Assembly (NCBI GenBank): GCA_043815245.1
Contig: JBDRJD010000028.1
Location: 1-60,170 of the forward strand
Reading direction: 5' to 3'
DNA: 60,170 nt
Origin: an archaeon
Lineage (GTDB): Archaea > Nanobdellota > Nanobdellia > Pacearchaeales > GW2011-AR1
The notes beneath the pieces were generated by a model, which did not search any database, was not told the origin of the DNA, and saw nothing but the letters and a program-made list of their open reading frames with translations. Numbering within the stretch: position 1 is the stretch's first letter; each line of letters opens with the position of its first letter. A program made the position numbers and the translations under genes. Positions 54,201 to 60,170 of the stretch are shown one piece after another.

Positions 54201-56064
54201 TTAATGCTAATCTCCAATTAGTTGTAGCATCACTTTTTAAAGCAAACAAAGTCGGATACGCATTAATAAAAGCATCATTATAAAACCATGTTTCAATAGT
54301 AAATGGAGAATTTGTATTTATAAATTGAGTATTACCAAAATCTATGTAATCATCCACACCATCAAAACTCATTGCTCCACTATACTTTCCACTTTGATTC
54401 CAAACCGCTCCTGTAATTGTACCATTATTCCCATACTTACTAACATCAACTGCTTTAGTAGCATTCTCTCCAATTGCAGAATTATTATCAAAATTAAGCA
54501 TTAAAACTAAACTATCATCATAAAAAGAGTATTTAGTATTGTTCCAAAAGAAACTAATATTTTCAAGGGGGTTGCTGCCTTGATTAATTGAAACATTAAT
54601 CTCCGCGCTTGATTCTGAGGTTACTGCATTATCCAAGGGGGTGGGTGGGTGGAAGGATAATTCAGGAGGAAAGGTTGACTGAGCAAAAGGGGTATAAATT
54701 ATTTGCAACTGGGCAACTTTACCAGAGTTTGCACCAGTGCACTGATTATAGTCCCAGGCTGCGCGATAAGCATTAGTAGCACTTGAGATTTCTTTTAATC
54801 CAATTACAATAGAACTTCCTTCTGAAAAAGAAGAGTGGTTAACATGATTTTGGACACTAGAAGTTATATCTGTAGAAGCTCTGACTTCATCTGACCAGGT
54901 GCCAATATTGCCTGTTCTTCTTCCTGGGTGAAAGGTCCAGGATTCAATTGTGGCAACAGTAACATTTAAGCTTGATGAGCCAAAAACATTCATAGCGCCC
55001 CATTCAAGATTTGTTGCAACTGATTGAGTTTCAGCTGAAAAAGGTCTGAGAGTGGCTGAATTAATTGTAGTTCCTTGGTTAATTCCATTAAGATAAAATA
55101 AATAGTAAATATCCCAAAGATTACTGCCAGCATAATCTCCTAGCCACTGGCCCCCTTCGTTAGCAAATAAGGGGATGCCATCAATATAAGCAGTTGCCCC
55201 ATTATGGACAGTAGTATCTTGGTTATTTTGAGTAATGGAAAAGGTGGCAGTACAGGTTCCGTCGCCATTATCTGTATGGCCTGGGGAGCAGCCTGCAGGA
55301 GATTCAGGAGCTGGGGGAGTCCATTCTACATAAAGACGGGCTGCATTTGCATTTGAACTAGCGGTGGTTCCGTAAAAAGTTCTGTAATTTTGAGTCGAAA
55401 CCCAGTAGTTTTTTAGTCCAAAGTATTTGTTTTCTGAATGTGAGGGGTCATAATCTGCGTCGTTAATTCTAGCTTGGACTAAATTAGTAATGTCCGGAGA
55501 GTTATACCATTGATCAACAGTCATTGCGGGAAGGCTCCATGAAGCAGGCGTTCCTTGAACTGGTATAGCTAGTAGGGCTGCACGATCAGCATAATTAGTA
55601 ATTGAAAAGCCAGATACTTCCCATTTGTTATCTGTTTGTAAGGCTACTAAATTTGTAATCACTGCGCCGCTAAGAGTGTTTAGGGCTCTTACTCTAATAT
55701 AAGCATTATTAATTGTAGAGTTTTTTGGTATTGAAAGAGGCCATTTCCAAAAAGGTTCATAATAGCCGAAAGTGGGGTGGCGACCACAGTATAAGGCTTC
55801 GTCTGCAAAATGGGGGTTATTACTTCCTGTGCCGTAACTCCAACCAAAAGTGTCGTGATCAGTATTTGTTTCTATTAAAAAAGTGTTAGAATCAGAAGCA
55901 CCTACTCCGATGTCCAAACCAGTAATTCCAAAAGCCTCTCTGATTGTGTTTCCGACTACATTTGATTTTTGAAATGTAAATATCATAGAGGCGAATAGAG
56001 TTATAGTTAAAACTAAAATTATTGCGACTTTCAATCCTCTTTTCTGCATGATTTTATTACTCAT
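48214..56064 (-). CDS. Giant (2616 aa) adhesin-like surface protein: DNRLRE-like domains, three LamG domains, F5/8-type domain, Cys-rich repeats, poly-Gly, TM, cytoplasmic tail
   Basis: LamG motifs (F.G.+DEVRI.NR.L), WKIYGSND..NW (discoidin), DTDGDGY...DCND...HPGA.EIC.DGIDNDCD, C.D...CT.D.C repeats, TM near the C-terminus. Confidence 0.85.
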   Translation of the reverse strand: MSNKIMQKRGLKVAIILVLTITLFASMIFTFQKSNVVGNTIREAFGITGLDIGVGASDSNTFLIETNTDHDTFGWSYGTGSNNPHFADEALYCGRHPTFGYYEPFWKWPLSIPKNSTINNAYIRVRALNTLSGAVITNLVALQTDNKWEVSGFSITNYADRAALLAIPVQGTPASWSLPAMTVDQWYNSPDITNLVQARINDADYDPSHSENKYFGLKNYWVSTQNYRTFYGTTASSNANAARLYVEWTPPAPESPAGCSPGHTDNGDGTCTATFSITQNNQDTTVHNGATAYIDGIPLFANEGGQWLGDYAGSNLWDIYYLFYLNGINQGTTINSATLRPFSAETQSVATNLEWGAMNVFGSSSLNVTVATIESWTFHPGRRTGNIGTWSDEVRASTDITSSVQNHVNHSSFSEGSSIVIGLKEISSATNAYRAAWDYNQCTGANSGKVAQLQIIYTPFAQSTFPPELSFHPPTPLDNAVTSESSAEINVSINQGSNPLENISFFWNNTKYSFYDDSLVLMLNFDNNSAIGENATKAVDVSKYGNNGTITGAVWNQSGKYSGAMSFDGVDDYIDFGNTQFINTNSPFTIETWFYNDAFINAYPTLFALKSDATTNWRLALTTDANYEDIYFGGRTAENKWATLDTGDIGLQTDTWYHVAVTYLGENSTNEGNFTLYLNGEKKDLTTTSTIGLYIDSTRLGNSVQGFNGFMDDVRIYNRSMQIDEIRQHYQSNLKKFNSTHWELYSNQSNLSIGNYNYQACASDSTGLTNCTETRSLIIPEPLCPPGHTDNGDGTCTATYEIAASNDDTHGRVWGSTPSNIPSSAWLNFGRGLVISNIRDNGYFRWSVDILPATTINSAYISAFGQSVMGQAGSWTEQIQLLNTANQSNDFSLANYPVDTDLQAIPTTGSVGWFIPAVAWPVNYSVNTSDISSLVQTFVDMPGYSPGNYLGIKFEAGDSVFSQADSRNIVAKDTVGGIPPKLIITYTPLGVICTDTDGDGYNVTAGSCGLVADCNDSAFLVHPGAIEICNDGIDNDCDFSVDCNDPNCTTSPSCLTLTPSINFTYPTPADHFNVTKPSVEINVSINQGSNPIENISFSWSDWPLSGSDLTSAALAPTRATAQTEFSGDFNADNAFNNIWNSAAGGPYCSQIGTTTGWLQWDFGEQRLITAYNISILSLFDTTYAPISWKIYGSNDNVNWDEIDSRSGITWIRGENKSFSISSNPAYYSWFRVNVTATNGAAYYCIEEIEVFGGINSLVSYPFYDDSLVLMLNLDNNALDASKYGNDGSVSGASWTSGKYGSALEFNASGLVNLSSSANSPELKGVNGLTIESWVNLKGGNADAAYTLTYLVDGFEAVQEGYYLDCVYNLGCRFVLGNSTGQTSTGWAYLPGNQFAYITAVYNVTSLSIYINGVLNNTQPMRGIYNPSEGGLVLGNNDNGWAWNGSIDEVRIYNRSLSADEIQQHYQSNLKKFNSTHWELYSNQSNLSIGNYNYQACALDNQANLSCTEQRTLTISLAVIPPQCNLTSASWSATSVLNSTTVDLIVNGTDCSGKQINFTIWEQDPLFDDEVLSIQDTYDRTSWLALHKTPADDDFGNDPRTYYFEAVLAENSSITATSGILEVNSTEVIILPPQINFTSPTPADSESISAPSAEINVSIDKETYPLENISFNWEGSTYSFYDDSLILMMNLDGDALDASQYSNDGTVLGATWTAGKYNSAVDLDGDDYINLGNAFTQGFPELTLSVWIKTTTVSPFFAGVIISRGDTGAGAFRLYQSLSDGEVHFSCGVSNLPTNRFLDDDIWHQVTITHNSSLTVAYVDGQHAADRGCIIPSLSAPFYIGTSLRIANYSGTIDEVRMWDRTLSPEEVLQHYSSNLKKHSATHWELYSNQSGLQLGNIYTYQSCVSDSTGLINCTETRSLTIGTSPECIVDADCYDGLWCNGMESCVGGSCQNGTSEICNDSISCTVDTCNEGTNITDNLGNCDFNSLSCACTPATQSVACNDSNSCTDDVCISFSCQNNNNDLNACNDNFACTTNDRCSSGSCIGDSVSCDDSISCTIDVCEEPFGNCTNAPSDAFCDDGLTCTGTETCSDLFDCQAGTPVNCTLFNLPAFGSCNSSPDDNPLTWDSLPLFISQCQEPSGTCSNGDPVFIHSCNLTCNASCESDLDCGIQDCDSRDGCYSNRYRDYSGNVSSTCDLVSCNCTATICINYTEESDIDVDTYSPSCGDCNDSNFYINPYTTENCTNGIDDNCDGAIDCVDSSCHCYFKRLIEAEDFTLNSSVFIREGEVNASSGQRVYVDPSLPQSINPTAEANYSLEIPFDNEYALWVRLFSLNESNDALYIGFDGIFNQTYPSTYGVYQWVKVGNFDLITGPHELFMSHSDNLSTIDLILITENLSYTPDDNDIEYCGNKICETGLGEACNLCVEDCGTCSNADDDGGGGGGGGGGGGGFPPGNQTNTTLAPEELATQGLECQPGLCNFTSKLFCEDNGKWGSLKYCDSCEDIACTELVCGDNVCGIGEGYYNCFKDCKKHLLIPILLSLPLIALVAIISVVIYLRKKKSIVINQTLEEKKYLEKLKPLIERSLKSGQSKNQIKKELLAKKWPKKLVDKALRSVEH
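48235..48336. repeat. 102-bp perfect direct repeat, copy 1 (copy 2 at 56090-56191)
   Basis: Identical sequence encoding KPLIERSLKSGQSKNQIKKELLAKKWPKKLVDKA. Confidence 0.9.
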
Positions 56065-56080
56065 TTTAAGTTTAAATTTT

Positions 56081-59000
56081 TTATCTCAAGGCTTTATCAA
56101 CTAACTTTTTAGGCCATTTTTTGGCAAGTAGTTCTTTTTTGATTTGATTTTTACTTTGTCCTGATTTTAATGAGCGTTCAATTAAGGGTTTAAGTGTTTG
56201 CACATATAGGGCAAGCTTCTTAGCTGCAGTCTGCTTTTCAATTATTTTAAAAGTTTGTTCTATCACTTTAAGGGGCCATTTTTTATTAAGCAGCTGTTGC
56301 CTAATCTGGGTTTTTTCAATTCCTTGAGAGAAGGCCTTTTCTATAAAAGGCTTTAAAGCAGCAATATACTTGTTCATTTTTCTCTTGTTAATTATTTTTG
56401 CAATAGTAATCGCGATAATTATTATCAAAACTAAGATTAACCAAAGAATCCATAGTAATTGATATCTGCAATCTGAGTAGCAGTTAAATAAGTCTTCCCT
56501 TAATCCGCAAAAACCATTCCCACAAAATTCCTCATTGCAAAAGTCATCTTGACAGTTTTCACAGTACTCTTGAGTCCAGTTTCCATTAGCATTGCAGTAC
56601 AGTTTAGAGGTAGAGTTACAGGAATAAGGTTCACAATCCAAACCAACAGGCTGTGCAATCTGTTGTTGAACAACACAACTTCTATTTTCTATTCTTTCAT
56701 CTTGGCAGTATAGAATATCTGTGCAGTTTCTGTGTTGAACAGAACTTTTGCAGTCAGTCCAATTTGCGCACTGCCATCTAGCATAACAGGATCCGCCTCC
56801 ACCCCCTCCTCCGCCTCCAGCTTCTATAATCAGTATGTTAATATTTAAAGTTCTAAGCTCGCTTTCAGCAATATTATTAAAGTTATCTGTGCAGTTTATA
56901 CTCCATATATAACTTCCTTCTGTAGACAAAGTGTAAGGAATTGTAGTGATTGCTCCGTTTGGAACAGAATTTTCTGTAAATACAGGAACTCCGCTAATGA
57001 TCAGACTGCAGTTATCAATGCTATTTGCATCTGAGACATTGAATTGAAACAAAACAGAGGAAGGTTCTAAAGTTGCAGAGTCAGCTGGAGAGGTTAAAGT
57101 GATATTTGGAGAGATGGTGTCGACTAAAAAAGAAATAAAATTAGATGTTGTGAAGCCACAGGAGTTATTCACACCAGCAGCCCAGGGGTTATTGCCTTGA
57201 TTTGCAGATAATCCGGTTACATTAGTTCCACAAGGTACTGGGAGGCGTGTAGCTCCACCGTTGGTAGAGTACCAGCAGGAGTCAATAAAGTTGCCTGAGT
57301 AAGTGTAATTTAATTCAGTTACAATATAATTGTACTGGCTGGCTCCCTGAGGATAGACTATTTGAAAAGAAGGAGATTCACAAGAGTTTACTATAACATA
57401 TAGTGTTTCTGAATCTGAAGTGAAGTTTTCATTTCCAGAATATATTGCTGTAATGTTTCTAGCGCCTAAAGGAGAGGTATAAGCTGTAAGGTTCGAGCTT
57501 TGAGAAGTTCCGCGATAGATTAAATACCCCTGGTTGTAGTGGAAGACTTCAAACTCTCCTGCTCCCACTGAAAGATATGCTGAAATATTCACGTATTCAT
57601 TAAGTAAAACTGAAAAGTTTGCAGCAGAGTCATTTAACAATAAGACTATCTCTCCTGCAGCTTGGTTTATTGTTAAAGTGTCAGAATCTGAAGCGGCAGT
57701 ATAGTTCTCATTACCAGTAGTATTGTACACGTAATCATAACCTCCAACTGCAAGAATCCCAGAATCGGGGTTAAGAATTAAAAGATTATCTCTGAAGAGT
57801 TCACAAAGTAGCTGTGGGGGGCAGCCTAAACCTGTAGCAGTAGTTGAGGTTCCATAAGTTTCTGTATTGCTAGGAGTTAAAGTGAGAGTTAAAGTAGGAG
57901 AAGCAAGAGTTATAATAAAGTTTACTTGTTCAGAGCTACTAGTATAGTTCTCGTTTTCAACTGAAGTACAGTTTACAGTATAAGTTCCTGCAGCCCTTAT
58001 TATTTCTTGCCCGTCTTCACTTGGCTCATCTTGCCCATTAATGTATAAAACAGTAAGTCGGCCAGCAGAGTTAAGGCAGGAAAAGTTTGAAGATGTTCCG
58101 TAGGTAATTGGAGAACTAGGATTAGTTATTATGTTTGTTAAAGTTGAAGCCTTAGTTACATTTACTAGCAAGATAGTTGAGTTTAAGTTATTGGCAGTAT
58201 CATTTACGGTGATATTTAGATAGTACTCAGCAACGGCAAGAGGATTTATATCTTGTAAAATTCCGGAACAGTCAATACTAAACAAAGAGGAGTTTACAGC
58301 AAAGCAGTCTATTCCATTATCATCTCCTGCATCAATGTCATAGGTAAGAGAGTTTCCGTAAACCAGTGTTTGAGGGGTTAAAGGAAGAAAGTATGGGGGG
58401 AAGTCAGGGGCAGTAAAATTAATTTCAAAGTTCACTTTTGATTGGTTTGGGGCGCCAATTGAGTTATTTGCATATGAATATAAAGTGTATAAGCCATTAG
58501 GGAGATTGATGGTTGTGGGTCCTGTATAAGTTAGGTTCTGGGAACCATTAAACCACCAAACTGAAACTGCACTTGAGTCATTTATTACTTCAATTAAAAT
58601 AGTATTGGTGGTGTCGTTGGTGGAACCATTTACAGGACTTAGCCAGTACACGCCGGGTCTGGGAGGGTTGAGGTAGCGTATTTCAGTGCAGTTTACAATT
58701 CCATAAGAATCCTTAGCACAGGCTTGATAGGTGTAGTTTCTTCCTGAAACTAGATTTGAAGGATTGCTGAAAAACCCCCAGTCATTTGCAGAGAATCCAT
58801 GGAGGTTTGAAGAGTATAACTGATAAGCTTCGTCTGCTGTGAGGGTGCGGTTCCAGACTCTTATCTCATCCAGGCTACCCCCCCAGTTATATTCTTGAGT
58901 GTTGTAAGCTTTTCCAATTGAGTCAATTGCAAAGCCGGTATCTACCATTGATTCTGTTTCAATATACCTTCCGTCGTAATAAAAGTCAAGGTTATTTGAA

Positions 59001-60170
59001 TCAGAAAAGTGACAAGCCACCACCACATGATGCCAGGCCCCTCTTGAATTTTCTCCGAAATTAAAATCTACTGCTGTGCCGGCATTACTATGAAACCTAA
59101 TAAAGGTTCCATCCATATGATAAAATCGGTTAACAGTATCGCTACGATCACCAATGGACATGTCATTAGTAGAATTAGCTGTTTGAAAAAACCAGTAGGC
59201 CACTGTCCACTCCGCATTATCTGCGAAGGTAATCTGAGGAGTTTGAATAAAGTCTGCTCTTCCGGTATTATCAAAAGTATAAGCACCGCCCCATTTTCCA
59301 TTTGCTGTCCAGGCTGGGCAGAATCCGTTTGCAGAATCACAAGTAGCATCCCGCTTATAGAGGCTTTTATCTGCTAGTCTTTGATAAGTATCAAAATTAT
59401 ACATTAGGAAAAGATCGTTATCGTAGAGAGAGTAGTTAGTGTAGTTCCAGATAAATTCAAATTGTGCTAGTGGAAAATCAGTTTCTTTAATAGTTGTGTT
59501 AATACTTGTAGTGGTTGCAGATGTGTCAAATAATCTAGGAGGGGTAGGCGGTTCAAAAGAAATTAAAGCCGGAGAGTAAAACAAAGGTATAGAAACCTCA
59601 AAGTCTAACCGAGATTCGACTGTAGATCCCAAAGAGTCTGTTGCGTATGCAAAAAAAGTATAATTGTCTTCTGGCAAACTGATAGTTAGGGGCCCTGTAT
59701 AAGTTATGTTCTGAGAACCATTAAACCACCAAACTGAAACTGCACTTGAGGAATCAATTTCTATATCTACATTGTTTAATAAAACTCTTGAGCCGTTTGT
59801 GGGCGAGCTCCATGATACTGAAATTGGTTCAAGGGGAGTTAAGTTAAGGTGGCGAATCTCTGTACAATTAAGATCTCCGTCATTATCTGAAGCGCAAGAT
59901 TGATAGGTGTAGTTTCTTCCTAGAGTTAAACTTGTTTGATTAGAATATAGTTCCCAGTGAGTTGAGTTGAACTTCTTTAAGTTTGATTGATAGTGCTGCC
60001 AGATTTCGTCTGCATTTAGAACCCTATTATAAATTCTTACTTCATCTATTGAACCATTAAATAACATACTACCAACACCTCCTATTGAAGTAGTAGCAGA
60101 AGAATCAACATAGCTATCAACAATTGTAATTTCAGAATTAACAATCACACCATTTATATAGAAAGTGATA
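56081..60170 (-). CDS. Second giant LamG/Ig-like surface protein, 5'-truncated by the window (track mislabels strand as +)
   Basis: The translation matches the reverse complement. The frame stays open to the edge (ITFYINGVIVNSEIT). LamG, Ig-like repeats, poly-Gly, TSP1-like W.C..W..C, TM, two tail repeats. Confidence 0.85.
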   Translation of the reverse strand, partial: ITFYINGVIVNSEITIVDSYVDSSATTSIGGVGSMLFNGSIDEVRIYNRVLNADEIWQHYQSNLKKFNSTHWELYSNQTSLTLGRNYTYQSCASDNDGDLNCTEIRHLNLTPLEPISVSWSSPTNGSRVLLNNVDIEIDSSSAVSVWWFNGSQNITYTGPLTISLPEDNYTFFAYATDSLGSTVESRLDFEVSIPLFYSPALISFEPPTPPRLFDTSATTTSINTTIKETDFPLAQFEFIWNYTNYSLYDNDLFLMYNFDTYQRLADKSLYKRDATCDSANGFCPAWTANGKWGGAYTFDNTGRADFIQTPQITFADNAEWTVAYWFFQTANSTNDMSIGDRSDTVNRFYHMDGTFIRFHSNAGTAVDFNFGENSRGAWHHVVVACHFSDSNNLDFYYDGRYIETESMVDTGFAIDSIGKAYNTQEYNWGGSLDEIRVWNRTLTADEAYQLYSSNLHGFSANDWGFFSNPSNLVSGRNYTYQACAKDSYGIVNCTEIRYLNPPRPGVYWLSPVNGSTNDTTNTILIEVINDSSAVSVWWFNGSQNLTYTGPTTINLPNGLYTLYSYANNSIGAPNQSKVNFEINFTAPDFPPYFLPLTPQTLVYGNSLTYDIDAGDDNGIDCFAVNSSLFSIDCSGILQDINPLAVAEYYLNITVNDTANNLNSTILLVNVTKASTLTNIITNPSSPITYGTSSNFSCLNSAGRLTVLYINGQDEPSEDGQEIIRAAGTYTVNCTSVENENYTSSSEQVNFIITLASPTLTLTLTPSNTETYGTSTTATGLGCPPQLLCELFRDNLLILNPDSGILAVGGYDYVYNTTGNENYTAASDSDTLTINQAAGEIVLLLNDSAANFSVLLNEYVNISAYLSVGAGEFEVFHYNQGYLIYRGTSQSSNLTAYTSPLGARNITAIYSGNENFTSDSETLYVIVNSCESPSFQIVYPQGASQYNYIVTELNYTYSGNFIDSCWYSTNGGATRLPVPCGTNVTGLSANQGNNPWAAGVNNSCGFTTSNFISFLVDTISPNITLTSPADSATLEPSSVLFQFNVSDANSIDNCSLIISGVPVFTENSVPNGAITTIPYTLSTEGSYIWSINCTDNFNNIAESELRTLNINILIIEAGGGGGGGGGSCYARWQCANWTDCKSSVQHRNCTDILYCQDERIENRSCVVQQQIAQPVGLDCEPYSCNSTSKLYCNANGNWTQEYCENCQDDFCNEEFCGNGFCGLREDLFNCYSDCRYQLLWILWLILVLIIIIAITIAKIINKRKMNKYIAALKPFIEKAFSQGIEKTQIRQQLLNKKWPLKVIEQTFKIIEKQTAAKKLALYVQTLKPLIERSLKSGQSKNQIKKELLAKKWPKKLVDKALR
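56090..56191. repeat. 102-bp perfect direct repeat, copy 2
   Basis: Identical to 48235-48336. Confidence 0.9.

Noticed and set aside
4285-59377. Short antisense or overlapping track ORFs (e.g. 4834, 5285, 15196, 29212, 43067, 48665, 49670, 59090)
   Set aside because: They are shadow frames inside well-supported genes, with no motifs or promoters.
56081-60148. Track ORF labelled + strand
   Set aside because: The given translation matches the reverse complement, so the gene is on the minus strand and its frame stays open to base 60170.
1-60170. CRISPR array, IS/transposase, integrase or prophage
   Set aside because: No regularly spaced repeat-spacer run and no recognisable cas, DDE, Y1, tyrosine-recombinase or capsid motifs.
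48214-60170. Diversity-generating retroelement targeting the giant proteins
   Set aside because: No reverse transcriptase in the window. The repeats are either identical or differ without an obvious adenine-specific pattern, and they do not sit in a C-terminal CLec domain.

Overview
Low-GC archaeal chromosomal segment, most likely from a DPANN/Nanobdellota genome (Pacearchaeota-like). That assignment is inferred from the archaeal information genes, a fused Rpo1, a deviant aEF-2 and giant Cys-rich surface proteins. In order, the window holds: a truncated beta-helix surface protein; a tRNA sulfurtransferase; CYTH and trxB; a pheA-tyrA-chorismate mutase operon whose mutase is of the yeast/plant type; lemA-adk-htpX; a redox/ISC cluster (HTH regulator, iscS, HD, cysE, DUF1858, iscU) under a twice-occurring palindromic operator; a five-gene surface/fibre cluster; an nrdR-nrdD-nrdG operon with tandem bacterial-type NrdR boxes; a convergent thyX-tmk-(dCTP deaminase::NUDIX)-(viperin-like radical SAM) operon; trxA; an intron-containing tRNA-Lys(UUU) behind a structured 5' duplication; the rpo5-rpo2-rpo1-nusA-uS12-uS7-aEF2...aEF1A core; and two giant LamG adhesin-like genes with identical 3' ends. 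There are two main candidates for undescribed biology. (1) A pyrimidine-nucleotide operon ending in a viperin-like radical SAM enzyme. (2) A dispersed family of about 50-140 bp multi-hairpin micro-inserts, several flanked by 9-14 bp direct repeats and located at transcription starts, start codons, stop codons and in-frame in nrdR. No CRISPR array, transposase, integrase or reverse transcriptase is visible. Two corrections to the ORF track: 56081..60148 is on the minus strand, and both terminal ORFs run off the window edges. All family assignments come from motif recognition by eye, not database searches.
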